Sequence record: SRR2962707_526
Length of the DNA stretch: 64,000 nt
Strand: one strand, 5' to 3'
Part shown: piece by piece, positions 39,589 to 49,813 of the stretch
How the letters are laid out: each line of letters starts with the position of its first letter
Numbering within the stretch: position 1 is the first letter of the stretch
Program-made: the position numbers and the translations under genes
The notes under the pieces: model-generated
What the model saw: only the letters and a program-made list of their open reading frames with translations
Told to the model about the DNA's origin: nothing
The model's database searches: none

Positions 39589-40128
39589 ATGTTTACATTG
39601 GAGGTTGAAAAAGGCTTAAAACTGGCTCTGGTTCACCGCACATTCGCGCCCTTATATTTTGATATTGTGACGAGAGAGCGTGACTATTTGGGGGAATGGT
39701 TGGCTTGGCCGCCACAGGCTCATGATGACGGTTTTTTTCTGAATTTTATTAGTCGCTCTTTGCGCGACTACGCCGATGGAAAATCACTGGTTTGTGCAAT
39801 GTTTTATAATGAAACCTTAGTGGGTAATATCAGCTTTAACAGCATCGATCATGATCTGAAAAAGGTGGAGATTGGTTACTGGCTAAGCGCTAATTATCAA
39901 GGTAAAGGGATTGTCTCTAAATGCGTTACTAAACTAATAACGATGGCCTTTACTGACCTCGATATGGAGAAAGTGCAAATATCAGCGGCGGTAGACAATC
40001 GGCCCAGTCGCCGAGTGTGTGAACGTTTAGGTTTCAAGCTTGAAGGTATGATTACACGAGCCGAAAACGTGAATGGTCGAGTGCTTGATCATGCTGTGTA
40101 TGGATTACAGCGTGCAGATTGGCGTTAG
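39589..40128 (+). CDS. RimJ/RimL-family GNAT acetyltransferase
   Basis: EIGYWL...QGKGI and N.PSRRVCERLGF.LEG. Confidence 0.88.
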   Translation: MFTLEVEKGLKLALVHRTFAPLYFDIVTRERDYLGEWLAWPPQAHDDGFFLNFISRSLRDYADGKSLVCAMFYNETLVGNISFNSIDHDLKKVEIGYWLSANYQGKGIVSKCVTKLITMAFTDLDMEKVQISAAVDNRPSRRVCERLGFKLEGMITRAENVNGRVLDHAVYGLQRADWR

Positions 40129-40148
40129 GTTTGGTCAATATTTAGGAG

Positions 40149-40697
40149 GTGTTCATGTTAGCAAAAGACACGACGGGCCTTATCGTGGTGGATATTCAAG
40201 GTAAGCTTGCTCGCCTAGTTCACGACAGTGAATCCTTTATTTCCCATTGCGAAAAGCTGATTAAGGCTGCCCAGACGCTCTCTCTCCCGATTATTTACCT
40301 TGAACAAAATCCGGATAAATTAGGCTCGACGATAGAAGAAGTTCACTCGTTACTTGCCCCGTTGGAGGCAATCGAAAAGTTTACCTTCAATGCTTGTGAA
40401 GCAACCGAGTTTCGCGCAGCGGTGCAGGCAGAATCACAGGTAACCACTTGGTTAGTATGTGGCATTGAGGCGCACATATGCGTTTATCAAACCGCCATTG
40501 GCTTGTTGGATCGTGGTTACGATGTGCACTTGGTCAGTGATTGTGTTTCTTCCCGAACGCAGACCAATAAGCAACTTGGGATAACCGCACTGATGAATAA
40601 AGGGGGGGCGATAACGGGCTTGGAAATGTGTCTGTACGAACTGGTAAAAGACTGCAGAGCACCGGAGTTTCGTTCCATTCTCGGCTTAATTCGATAA
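40149..40697 (+). CDS. Isochorismatase-family hydrolase
   Basis: VVDIQGKL, EQNP.KLG.T, KFTF and GIEAHICVYQT. Confidence 0.88.
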   Translation: MFMLAKDTTGLIVVDIQGKLARLVHDSESFISHCEKLIKAAQTLSLPIIYLEQNPDKLGSTIEEVHSLLAPLEAIEKFTFNACEATEFRAAVQAESQVTTWLVCGIEAHICVYQTAIGLLDRGYDVHLVSDCVSSRTQTNKQLGITALMNKGGAITGLEMCLYELVKDCRAPEFRSILGLIR

Positions 40698-40724
40698 GGT
40701 CTTACGACACGCATGAGAGAGTGT

Positions 40725-40770
40725 GAAACCACTCCCGCTGATTGAAAACTCAATGGGCGGGAGTGGTTTC
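40725..40770. terminator. Bidirectional hairpin between convergent genes
   Basis: GAAACCACTCCCGC...GCGGGAGTGGTTTC 14-bp stem. Confidence 0.75.
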
Positions 40771-40787
40771 GTATCTCTTAATAGCGA

Positions 40788-41585
40788 CTAGATACGATTA
40801 AGCAGTTCTGTCTTTTTCGAGTTGTATTCGTTTTCGGAGATGGCGCCAGCGTCTTTTAATTTGGCCAGCTTCTCGATGATTTGTAAGGTCTCATCAATCG
40901 ATGTACTACTCGGAAGGCTGGTGTTGCTTTGTGGTGCATTATTGGTTTGCACTGAATGGCTGCTTGTTTGGTTGTTGTTCGCCTGCGCATAGCTATTCTG
41001 TGTCGGTTCGGCGAAATTACGCTGTGGTGCAGGCGCTATGCCTACTCCTGACACTATGGGCAAGCTATTGACCGCGATGGTGCCGTATTGGCTGCTGAAG
41101 GTGAGAGACGAGTCGCCACCTTGTTGCTGGCTAACGCCGCCAATATTGTTGTCCAGTGTGTTGTAAACGGTGACTTGGCCATTGAGCTCCACCGCCAAAC
41201 GGTTGGGAAAGACTGCGTAGCGAATATTGTTTTGTGCGCCACTGCTAAACGGCTGACCTAAATCGCCTGGCCACCATTGGCTGCTACCGGGCGTGCCTTT
41301 TGGAATAGGAACAAACACTTGAAAGTTGACTAGGCCATTGGCCAATTCGTTACAAAGGTTGTCTACGGTGTTTTTCAAACCATAATTGAACATGTCGCCT
41401 ACCATGGTCATGCCACCGCGCATCCATTGACCGCCGCCGCCTAACTCTGGGCAATTGAATTGTGCCATGCTACCAGCCCCGTTATTGACGGCGATCAGCA
41501 TGTGCATCACCGCATCGAAACTCAGGTTGTACTTACGGCTAAGGTTATTAACTAATTGTTGTCCGTCTTGCGTTAAATTTTGCAT
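40788..41585 (-). CDS. SHOCT-domain protein
   Basis: C-terminal IEKLAKLKDAGAISENEYNSKKTELL after a Gln/Ser/Asn linker. Confidence 0.8.
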   Translation of the reverse strand: MQNLTQDGQQLVNNLSRKYNLSFDAVMHMLIAVNNGAGSMAQFNCPELGGGGQWMRGGMTMVGDMFNYGLKNTVDNLCNELANGLVNFQVFVPIPKGTPGSSQWWPGDLGQPFSSGAQNNIRYAVFPNRLAVELNGQVTVYNTLDNNIGGVSQQQGGDSSLTFSSQYGTIAVNSLPIVSGVGIAPAPQRNFAEPTQNSYAQANNNQTSSHSVQTNNAPQSNTSLPSSTSIDETLQIIEKLAKLKDAGAISENEYNSKKTELLNRI

Positions 41586-41833
41586 ATATGGCTCTTTTAA
41601 TTAAGTTAAAAAACGGCGCGCTGTTTGGCTTTTTTGAGGTTGGCAGGTTCCGTGGAGTCGCTAGTCTACCATAGGGACGAGAGATTAAATGTGACACAAT
41701 TGCTTGTTTTTTGATCTGTTGTCGGTGGCGCTTAAATAAAGAAGGGATTCATCGGCGCCCGCTCTGTTTTTTTGTTTGAAAAATGAGAGCGGGCAAGGCC
41801 TCAAAGAGGGAGGTGAGCGCGACAAGCAGTGAC

Positions 41834-42670
41834 TTATGATTTTTTAGTAAGGCTTGCACCAATGCAGGCTAGACTGATCGCCACAATGCCCAGCCACTGT
41901 AATGCGCTTAGTTGCTCGTTAAGAATGATGGCGCCAGCAATGGCGCTAACCGCAGGCGATGCGCTCATTAAAACCCCAAAAATACTTCTTGGCAGCCGTT
42001 TTAGCGCGTACATATCGAGCAAGAAAGGGATGGCGCTGGATAGCAAGGCAATGATTAAACCAAGCATAAGAACATTTGGAGTAAAGAGAGAGAGTCCCGC
42101 TTGAACTGTGCCAATAGGCACCATAAACAGCGCGGCGATCAGCATCCCCGTTGCCACACCTTTACTGCCAATTTGTGAGACTGTGCTTGCCGTCTTGATG
42201 TACAAACCCCAGCAGATGGCCGCCAATACGGCGTAAATCACACCGGTTATATTTAACGTGGTATCGGTTTGATTAAATGGCAGTAACAGCACACCAATCA
42301 ATGCACAGAATATCCAGATAATGTCCGTTCTACGTTTAGTAGAAAGCAATGAAATACCAAGCGGCCCCAGCACCTCTATGGAAATGGCGATGCCGACAGG
42401 GATGTACAGAAATGCGCGATAAATTAATAGGTTCATGAGTCCAATCATGGCGCCGTAGATCACAATGCTCGGCCATTGAGACACGCTGAGCCTGACTTTC
42501 CACGGCTGAAAAAGGACAACAAAAAGGAGTGCGCTGATGCCGATACGCAATGCGGCGACGCCATCGGTGCCGACGAGAGGGAAAATGGTTTTCGCAAAGG
42601 CGGCGCCAACCTGTAAAGACAGCAACGAAGCAAAGGCGGCAATCATCGGAAATTGAGTTGAAGGTATCAT
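41834..42670 (-). CDS. EamA/DMT transporter (RhtA-like)
   Basis: SLQVGAAFAK..FP, MN...Y.A...IP.GIA..IE.LGPL and LLSSAIP; about 10 TM helices. Confidence 0.88.
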   Translation of the reverse strand: MIPSTQFPMIAAFASLLSLQVGAAFAKTIFPLVGTDGVAALRIGISALLFVVLFQPWKVRLSVSQWPSIVIYGAMIGLMNLLIYRAFLYIPVGIAISIEVLGPLGISLLSTKRRTDIIWIFCALIGVLLLPFNQTDTTLNITGVIYAVLAAICWGLYIKTASTVSQIGSKGVATGMLIAALFMVPIGTVQAGLSLFTPNVLMLGLIIALLSSAIPFLLDMYALKRLPRSIFGVLMSASPAVSAIAGAIILNEQLSALQWLGIVAISLACIGASLTKKS

Positions 42671-42858
42671 GGGTACTGCTCATCCATCGAGTCATTAAGG
42701 GCGTGTTTTATCATCGCTGATGTTGTGATTATTGGCCACGCCAGTCACATTATGCCTTACGAGCTCACCGCCTGAATATCTATATCATTGGCTATCTTGG
42801 TCTTGAAGCGGGTCCATGCTTGCTGGACAGCGTCTTGCTGAGAGGCTTTGCCATTGCT

Positions 42859-42896
42859 GCCTCTTTGCTAGTGATCAAACTCAATAGCAAAGAGGC
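42859..42896 (-). terminator. Hairpin downstream of the homocysteine methyltransferase gene
   Basis: GCCTCTTTGCTA-N14-TAGCAAAGAGGC. Confidence 0.6.
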
Positions 42897-42910
42897 GTCT
42901 AACCATGGTG

Positions 42911-43810
42911 TTAGTTGTTTATGCTCTTTTGCCATTGGCTTAATAGAGCAATGTGTTCAGGCCCAATGCCGCAGCAGCCGCCGATAATACGAGCGCCAAG
43001 CTGATACCAGTGTTTGGCAAACGCGAGATATTCCTCAGGCGATAACTCACGGTAGTCTTGTATGCTGTCGTTGGCTTGGTGGTCTTTCGATATGGGGGTA
43101 AAGCTATTGGCGTATGCGCCAATATCAATGGAGCGATCGTGTGTCGCCAATGCCTCTGTGGTGTCACGAATGGCTTGTGCCATGGCTTCAGGGATGGAGC
43201 AGTTGAAGAAAATGCCCGCTATGTTTTGCGAGAGAATGGCCTCAATGGCTTGGCTCACAGGTTCACCTGAGCGTAACTTGGCCGATGAGCTCACCTCATC
43301 GCTCAATGTAAAGGCGTAATAGCAAGGCTTGGTTGAGCCTTTTAGAACATTGGCCGCGATAAGGCCTTCTTCAATGCTGGCGATGGTTTCAACAAGCCAA
43401 AGATCCACATGATCGTCCTGTGCCTGCATCAAGTCATTTAAAATGTCGAATGCACGGTTACTATCGAATAAATCAGGACGGTAGGAACCAAACGGAGGCG
43501 GTAACGACCCTGCGACCAATACGTTTTGTTTCGCCTTGTCGGCGGCTTCTTTCGCTAGGGCGGCGGCGTATGTGGCTAAAGCGCAGCCACGTTCATGATA
43601 AAGCGCTTCACCAAGGTGAAATGGCACACAGGCATAGCTATTGGCGGTAATGATGTTGGCGCCGGCGGCAATAAATTCTTGGTGTGCTTGCGTCACATAA
43701 TGAGGGGCTTCTATCAGAGAAGCGGCGCTCCACCATGGTTGTGAAAAAGGCGCGCCCATGCGCTTAAGCTGACGGCCCATGCCGCCATCGAGTATGGTTA
43801 GATTTTTCAT
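42911..43810 (-). CDS. Homocysteine S-methyltransferase family protein
   Basis: ILDGGMG, H.EFI.AGA.II, Zn ligands FNCS and IIGGCCG. Confidence 0.9.
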   Translation of the reverse strand: MKNLTILDGGMGRQLKRMGAPFSQPWWSAASLIEAPHYVTQAHQEFIAAGANIITANSYACVPFHLGEALYHERGCALATYAAALAKEAADKAKQNVLVAGSLPPPFGSYRPDLFDSNRAFDILNDLMQAQDDHVDLWLVETIASIEEGLIAANVLKGSTKPCYYAFTLSDEVSSSAKLRSGEPVSQAIEAILSQNIAGIFFNCSIPEAMAQAIRDTTEALATHDRSIDIGAYANSFTPISKDHQANDSIQDYRELSPEEYLAFAKHWYQLGARIIGGCCGIGPEHIALLSQWQKSINN

Positions 43811-44035
43811 TGTAGAGGTCTTGTGTCGGCCCAAATTAAGAGGAGGCAATTCAACCATAATTTGCCGCAAATGATAATGAAACTTCGTCCGAATGAAGAT
43901 GAGAAAAGTTCAGCGCCGGAGGGTGGTGTGCAAGCGACTTGATTCTAACGGTCAAAGCTTGCTAATTTGATGTGTCTTGGTTGTTTAATAGGCAATGGCC
44001 TAACTTATAAAAATGATAAATAAAGGGTGAGAGTC

Positions 44036-44893
44036 ATGGCTGTTTTAGAGCGAAAATTCACGTGTTTTGAGGTCAATATTAAAGACCATATTGCGCACAT
44101 TCAGATGTCTCGTCCAAATGAGCTGAACACCATGAATAAGGCGTTTTGGCAAGAGCTTCCCCGTTTGGTGAAAGCGTTAGACGATGAGGCGCTGGCGCGA
44201 GTGATTGTTATTTCATCGACCGGAAAACACTTCAGTGCCGGTATGGATCTTGGTGTGTTTATGGGAGGCGATGCGGTTCCCTTGACGGGCGACCCTGGCC
44301 GAATGGCGGAAAATTTACGGCGTGTGGTGATGCAGCTTCAAGCGAGTTTGTCTGCGCTTGAAGAGATACGCATTCCTGTTTTGGTGGCGATTCATGGGGG
44401 CTGTATTGGTGGTGCTTTGGATTTGGTGTGCGCAGCAGACTGTCGTTATGCCACAGAGGATGCTTTTTTTACCATTAAAGAAACAGAACTTGGGATGACC
44501 GCGGATGTTGGTACCTTGCAGCGCTTTCCGACCTTAGCCCCGCCGGGATTGGTGCGTGAATTGGCCTATACGGGACGTAAATTTAGTGCCCAAGAAGCCA
44601 AAGAAATGGGCTTGATCAATGCCGTTTACCCCGATCACGAAAGCTTGATCGAAGGGGTGTTGGAGGTGGCAAAATTGATCGCGAGGAACTCGCCTTTGGC
44701 GGTAACTGGTTGCAAAGAGATGATTAACTACAGCCGCGATCACAGTGTGGAAGACAGTTTAAAATACATGGCGACTTGGCAAGCGGGCATGTTTAGACCC
44801 AATGATATGGTAAAAAGCTTTGCCGCCAAGCAGCAGAAAACTCAGGCTAAGTTTGACGATATTTGGCCGCAGAAACCGCTCTTTGAGAAATAG
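44036..44893 (+). CDS. Enoyl-CoA hydratase/isomerase (dienoyl-CoA isomerase-like)
   Basis: HFSAGMDL, HGGCIGG..DL and ADVGTLQR. Confidence 0.9.
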   Translation: MAVLERKFTCFEVNIKDHIAHIQMSRPNELNTMNKAFWQELPRLVKALDDEALARVIVISSTGKHFSAGMDLGVFMGGDAVPLTGDPGRMAENLRRVVMQLQASLSALEEIRIPVLVAIHGGCIGGALDLVCAADCRYATEDAFFTIKETELGMTADVGTLQRFPTLAPPGLVRELAYTGRKFSAQEAKEMGLINAVYPDHESLIEGVLEVAKLIARNSPLAVTGCKEMINYSRDHSVEDSLKYMATWQAGMFRPNDMVKSFAAKQQKTQAKFDDIWPQKPLFEK

Positions 44894-44913
44894 CTTAAGC
44901 ACATTATTGGCGG

Positions 44914-45810
44914 TTAGGGGGGGGCTAGTGTGAGTTGCCCCTGATAACAGAAGTGTCTTGGTTGCTGCGTAAGAGGGTCGATAAACTGGATCTCTTTGGC
45001 GAGCAGTTGCAATGGCATCGTATAGTTGTCCGCACTGAGCGGCTGTAACTCAGGGTAATACTTGTCATGCAAAATCGGCCAGCCTAGCGTTTGCATGTGA
45101 ACCCGCAGCTGGTGGGTGCGACCGGTGACAGGGTGTAATTCAAACAAGGCTTGCTGGGTGGTTTGTTGTAGGCAGCGAATCACCGAGCGACTGTTGGCTT
45201 CGCCCTCAACCACCTGCATCCGAAAGCGTGGCTCGCTAGGCTCTATGCGATTGTTCATTACCCATTCTTGGCCTACAAGGCATTCGTCGCTGTGAATATT
45301 GGCAACGGCCTGATAGGTCTTATGAATCTGTTGGGTTTTGAATAGCTGATGATAAGAGTGACGAGAGTCAGGGTTGATCGAGAAAATCACCAAGCCGGCC
45401 GTGACTCTGTCCAAGCGATGAAGGGCTTGCAGTGTGTGAATGCCAGTGCGGCGACGTAAGCGATTTTGCAGACACTCATTCACAAATTGGCCACCAGGCG
45501 TAACGGCCAAGAAATGCGGTTTATAAGCCACCAAAAGATGTTCGTCTTGAAAAACAATGGTTTCTTGAAACGGGATCTGAGGTTCATTGTCTACTTCTCG
45601 ATAATAATACACCCTTTGCTGTGGCTGAAATCGAGTCGTTGCACTAATCAAGCTACCATCATGCCAATGTACCTTACCTGCCGCCATGCGCCGTCGCCAC
45701 GTTTGTTCGTCAATATAAGGGAATTTAATGATCAGGTAGTCCAGCACAGTAACGACGCCGGGGTTGGTCTGAGGTAAACTCAGCTTTGAAGGGTATTCAG
45801 ACATTGCCAT
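44914..45810 (-). CDS. RluA-family pseudouridine synthase
   Basis: KPHFL, HRLDRVTAG (catalytic Asp) and TGRTHQLRVHM. Confidence 0.9.
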   Translation of the reverse strand: MAMSEYPSKLSLPQTNPGVVTVLDYLIIKFPYIDEQTWRRRMAAGKVHWHDGSLISATTRFQPQQRVYYYREVDNEPQIPFQETIVFQDEHLLVAYKPHFLAVTPGGQFVNECLQNRLRRRTGIHTLQALHRLDRVTAGLVIFSINPDSRHSYHQLFKTQQIHKTYQAVANIHSDECLVGQEWVMNNRIEPSEPRFRMQVVEGEANSRSVIRCLQQTTQQALFELHPVTGRTHQLRVHMQTLGWPILHDKYYPELQPLSADNYTMPLQLLAKEIQFIDPLTQQPRHFCYQGQLTLAPP

Positions 45811-45949
45811 ACAGTGGTCAGACCTTAAGCGACAGCACAGATTAAGTGGCTGACTATAACATGGTCACCTTGTTACGACTGTGTTATCAGATGGCGGATG
45901 TTGTTTATTATTGAGCACAAATCCAAATGCATAACGAAAGAGAGCCAAT

Positions 45950-46531
45950 ATGGAACGTCCAACTAAGGAGCAGATCAAAGCCTTGCCTTTTTATATTGGC
46001 TTGGGTTTGTCGGATATTAAAATCATTGAAAACGCCCAGGACGCTGACCAAGCGTTGAGCGCATTAGCAAATGAAACTTGCCTTGGTTTTGACACAGAAA
46101 CAAAGCCCATCTTTCGTAAGGGAGAAGAAAGCCCAGGGCCTGCGTTAATTCAGTTAGCAACGGAATCTTGCGCATATTTGTTTCCAACACGGTTTCCATT
46201 TTCCGTCGACGCCGCTAGGGTGTTGTTGAGTAATGAAGGCATTCAAAAAGTCGGTTTCGGCATCAAAGACGACAACAAGGCGTTGCGCAACAAACTTGAT
46301 ATAGAGATTGCGAATACGCAAGACCTGTCGGTCATATTGAAGAACAAGGTGGGCGAGAAAAACACCATTGGTGCCCGCGCGGCGGTGGCCATGGTGCTTA
46401 AGTTGTGCCTCAGAAAAGGCGCCCAAATTTCAAATTGGGGCGCTTACCCGCTGAAGACAAGTCAAATTTTGTATGCTGCGAATGACGCGCATTCTGCTAT
46501 TTGTGTGGCTAAGGCGCTGGGCAATAAGTGA
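45950..46531 (+). CDS. DEDDy 3'-5' exonuclease (WRN/RNase D-like domain)
   Basis: LGFDTET, LIQLA, SNW and YAANDA. Confidence 0.88.
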   Translation: MERPTKEQIKALPFYIGLGLSDIKIIENAQDADQALSALANETCLGFDTETKPIFRKGEESPGPALIQLATESCAYLFPTRFPFSVDAARVLLSNEGIQKVGFGIKDDNKALRNKLDIEIANTQDLSVILKNKVGEKNTIGARAAVAMVLKLCLRKGAQISNWGAYPLKTSQILYAANDAHSAICVAKALGNK

Positions 46532-46595
46532 TCGGCTGAATCGCTCCTTTTTCATGGCTGCCTTTATGAAGAGAAACCGCTTTTCAGCGGTTACC

Positions 46596-47963
46596 TCATT
46601 TCGTTGTTTTCGCGCTCTCATTACGCGTTTTTTCATCAAGCGCCTTGGCTAAATACGACGCCATTTCCTCTTTTGGTACCATGCCGCCGCCTGTGGCCCA
46701 TATAAGGTGAGTTGCGTTGCGCATTGTTGCATCGTCCAGTGCAAAACGATGTCGATAGTCCGCGTCGTTTGATACCAGAATCGGCCCCATTATTCCCGCC
46801 AAAGCAGAGGGTTCCAATTGAATGTTTTCGAGTGCATCCATGTCGCCTAAATGTCGATACATGCGCTCATCGGATAGGGTGTAATAACCGTCGAGTAGGC
46901 GTTCCATTGCACGTCCGACAAACCCAGAAGCACGACCCACCGCCAAACCGTCTGCTGCGGTGATGTTATCTATGCCAAGGTCTTGCACTGAAATCTGGTC
47001 ATGCAGTCCGGTGTGCACTCCAAGCATCATGCAAGGGGAGTGAGTTGGTTCGGCAAAAAGGCAATGGACGTGATCGCCAAACGCCATCTTTAGACCAAAG
47101 GCCACGCCACCAGGGCCGCCGCCAACACCGCAAGGTAAATAGACAAACAGTGGATGATGCTCGTCTACTGTGATGCCTTGCTGGTCAAACTGCTTTTTTA
47201 AACGCTCTCCTGCGACCGCGTAACCTAGAAACAAGGTGTGTGAATTCTCATCATCAATAAAGAAACAGGAGGGATCATTTTCGGCTTCTTGACGGCCTTG
47301 CTCCACGGCCACGCCATAGTCTTGGAGGTACTCAACGACGGTGACTCCGTGTTCTCGTAGCTTGTTTTTTTTCCATTGGCGAGCGTCGGCCGACATATGC
47401 ACCGCCACCGAAAAGCCCAATTTAGCGCTCATTATGCCGATCGACATCCCCAGATTTCCTGTCGATCCTACCGCAATGCTGTGTTGCTGGAAGAAGTGTC
47501 TAAACTCAGGGGAAGCCAGCTTACGGTAATCGTCTGACACGGACAGCAAGCCCGCCTTAATGGCTAATTGCTCGGCGTGGGTTAGGACTTCATAAATGCC
47601 TCCGCGGGCTTTTATGGAACCGGAAATCGGCAAGTGACTGTCTTTTTTTAGTCGCAACGAGCCGCTGATGGCGGTTTGGTATTCTTCTTCAAGTTTGGCT
47701 TTCATGGCGGTGATTTCGATCACGTCAGATTCAATGATGCCATGACTTTCTGCGGTTTCTGGGAAGACCTGGGCCAAATAGGGAGCGAATCGAGCCAATC
47801 TGTCGCTGGCTTCTTGGATGTCTTGTGCACTGAGGCCAACATAAGGTAAAGCGTCTTTCAGGCTGGTGACATTGGGGTTAAACCAATGGGTTTCTTGCAA
47901 GTGGATGAGTTGCTCAAGCAATGGAAATTGGCGAATCAGTTGTTGTCTATCAATGGTGTTCAT
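46596..47963 (-). CDS. dsdA: D-serine ammonia-lyase
   Basis: [36 protein letters not shown] and WATGGGMVP. Confidence 0.95.
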   Translation of the reverse strand: MNTIDRQQLIRQFPLLEQLIHLQETHWFNPNVTSLKDALPYVGLSAQDIQEASDRLARFAPYLAQVFPETAESHGIIESDVIEITAMKAKLEEEYQTAISGSLRLKKDSHLPISGSIKARGGIYEVLTHAEQLAIKAGLLSVSDDYRKLASPEFRHFFQQHSIAVGSTGNLGMSIGIMSAKLGFSVAVHMSADARQWKKNKLREHGVTVVEYLQDYGVAVEQGRQEAENDPSCFFIDDENSHTLFLGYAVAGERLKKQFDQQGITVDEHHPLFVYLPCGVGGGPGGVAFGLKMAFGDHVHCLFAEPTHSPCMMLGVHTGLHDQISVQDLGIDNITAADGLAVGRASGFVGRAMERLLDGYYTLSDERMYRHLGDMDALENIQLEPSALAGIMGPILVSNDADYRHRFALDDATMRNATHLIWATGGGMVPKEEMASYLAKALDEKTRNESAKTTK

Positions 47964-47984
47964 TTTAAAGGCCTAGATAAAAAG

Positions 47985-48019
47985 AACCCACTTTCTTATA
48001 AGCCATAAGAAAGTGGGTT
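47985..48019 (-). terminator. Intrinsic terminator after the dGTPase gene
   Basis: AACCCACTTTCTTAT-aagcc-ATAAGAAAGTGGGTT; U-rich tail on the minus strand. Confidence 0.8.
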
Positions 48020-48030
48020 GATGGCTTGCG

Positions 48031-49383
48031 TTACATGGGTTCGAAAACAGAGCCTAAACTGGGGACAAACAGCTTGTTGTACATGCGGCTGGCGTAATCA
48101 TCGGTCATGGAAGCCATGTAATCACAGATAATACGCAGCCCGTCATGGCCCTCGTTAATGCTTTTTTGCCATTCGTTGGCAATTTCTCTCGGTAGCAGGC
48201 GGCTTGGGTCTGCGGCGAGGGCTTCAAACATTTCCAGTAGCATTTGTTGGCCTTTATAGACCAGCATTTGCACTTCTGGGCGCTGAATAATGTGCGCCAT
48301 TTCAAAGTTTTTCAAGAGCGATAAAGCTTGGCGTTGGCTGTCTGGAAGCGTGACTTGAAAGCGCAATAGTGGATGTTCAAAGCGCTTGTCTTCAACCACT
48401 TGGCACGCGGTGATAAACCAACTGACTAGGCTGCCAATGGCTTCTTTGCGTAAATGACTTTGGCGGCTAAAAAGCTGAGTTTTAATGGTGTCTAGGTTGT
48501 CGCTCAAAAAGGACGATGGGAGGTTAGCCAGTTGCGGTTCTAGGTGTTCTGACCACATTTCTTTAGTGACCATGCCCAAGACGATGGCGTCTTCTAGATC
48601 ATGTACCCCATAGGCAATGTCGTCGGCCAAATCCATGATGCTGGTATCAAAGCTTGAATGGCTCGATTTTCCATGGCTCTCTGGCGTAGCGCGAGTGGTG
48701 TGTTGCAAGGCGACCTTATCGGCCTCACTAAAGGGCGCGAGTACCCAATCTAAGAGTGTTTGCTCTTCTTGATAGACGCATTTAGGTGGTGCCCAATGGC
48801 TGGCTTTAAATTGTCTAAAGCGTGCAGGCTTCGCTGGGTAAGTACCGACCACATCATGGTGTAAAACGGGGTATTTTAAAATACCCAATAAAGTGCGACG
48901 GGTCACATCCATGCCGTATGTTGGCGAATAGGAGCCGCGCTTGCCTAAGATGCGTAGGGACTGAGCATTGCCTTCAAAGCCCCCATTTTTGTTCATCATG
49001 TAGTTGAGTGCTACTTCACCACCATGGCCAAAAGGTGGGTGGCCTATGTCGTGGCTCAGGCAAACGGTTTCGATTAGAGCGGCATCGGCGAGCCATTTTT
49101 GAAAAGGCGCATCCGGTGAAGCACTGTGCTTTAACTGGTGCACTAGGCCATTGCCAATTTGCGCCACTTCCAATGAATGGGTCAGGCGTGTTCGGCTGTA
49201 GTCGTTTTGGCGGATGGCCAGTATTTGGGTTTTAGACTGCAAGCGACGAAACGCCGCGCTATGAATAATGCGCGCCCGATCTCGTTGATAGGGCGTGCGG
49301 TAGTCATTTTCACGAGATTGTTGGTGACCGGATTGCCTCTCGTGCCAAGGCATCATCTCATCTTGCTCTATCGTCATGCTCAT
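48031..49383 (-). CDS. dgt: HD-domain dGTP triphosphohydrolase (dGTPase family)
   Basis: RDRARIIHS.AFRRLQ.KTQ, RTRLTHSLEV, HDIGHPPFGHGGE, GFEGNAQ, ADDIAY..HDLED and CDY.A.MTD. Confidence 0.92.
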   Translation of the reverse strand: MSMTIEQDEMMPWHERQSGHQQSRENDYRTPYQRDRARIIHSAAFRRLQSKTQILAIRQNDYSRTRLTHSLEVAQIGNGLVHQLKHSASPDAPFQKWLADAALIETVCLSHDIGHPPFGHGGEVALNYMMNKNGGFEGNAQSLRILGKRGSYSPTYGMDVTRRTLLGILKYPVLHHDVVGTYPAKPARFRQFKASHWAPPKCVYQEEQTLLDWVLAPFSEADKVALQHTTRATPESHGKSSHSSFDTSIMDLADDIAYGVHDLEDAIVLGMVTKEMWSEHLEPQLANLPSSFLSDNLDTIKTQLFSRQSHLRKEAIGSLVSWFITACQVVEDKRFEHPLLRFQVTLPDSQRQALSLLKNFEMAHIIQRPEVQMLVYKGQQMLLEMFEALAADPSRLLPREIANEWQKSINEGHDGLRIICDYMASMTDDYASRMYNKLFVPSLGSVFEPM

Positions 49384-49488
49384 ACTCTACGTATGTAAGG
49401 AATTATCAGTCTTTCATTAAAACACGACTTAGGTCAATGTGCCCACGAAAAGGCTTCGTCATAATGTCCCTAACTATAAGGAATCGTT

Positions 49489-49779
49489 ATGTTAAATACG
49501 CATCATCTAATCACGTTTAAAACATTGGTTGAGACGGGAAACTTCACACAAACCGCTCAGCAGTTAGGATTGACTCAGCCAGCGGTGAGCCAGCATATCA
49601 AAAAGTTAGAGCAAGGGCTGGGCGCAACATTGGTGATTCGGCACGGTAGAACGACCGAATTGACGTGTGCGGGCGAAGTCCTGCTTAAGCACATTTTGAA
49701 TTTGGAAGTGTGCTATGAGCGTTTTATGGAGAAGTGGCAACAAGAGGTCGTACAAGAGAGAGATCAACAGGCGGGATAA
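49489..49779 (+). CDS. LysR-type HTH-only protein (no effector domain)
   Basis: L.TF..LVETGNFT..A..L.LTQPAVSQHIKKLE..LG..L..R; stops at 96 aa; AAGGA RBS. Confidence 0.8.
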   Translation: MLNTHHLITFKTLVETGNFTQTAQQLGLTQPAVSQHIKKLEQGLGATLVIRHGRTTELTCAGEVLLKHILNLEVCYERFMEKWQQEVVQERDQQAG

Positions 49780-49793
49780 TCCAGCCTGTTGAT
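49763..49793. terminator. Hairpin spanning the lysR stop, between convergent genes
   Basis: ATCAACAGGC-N11-GCCTGTTGAT. Confidence 0.65.
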
Positions 49794-49813
49794 AGACTTA
49801 ATGGATACTGTGT

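Noticed and set aside
42757-42860. Short open frame on minus (...QQDAVQQAWTRFKTKIANDIDIQAVSS*) that might be a gene remnant
   Set aside because: No start codon or recognisable family motif; cannot be called a pseudogene without a search.
43811-43912. Upstream in-frame extension MVELPPLN (like a GcvA-type LysR start) and a T-N11-A dyad TGAGAAAAGTTCA
   Set aside because: Only five residues match, no HTH follows, and T-N11-A is too common to call without an adjacent LysR gene.
46596-46640. About 15 extra C-terminal residues on DsdA (possible lost stop)
   Set aside because: All catalytic motifs are intact and short variable tails are common. There is no evidence of recoding.
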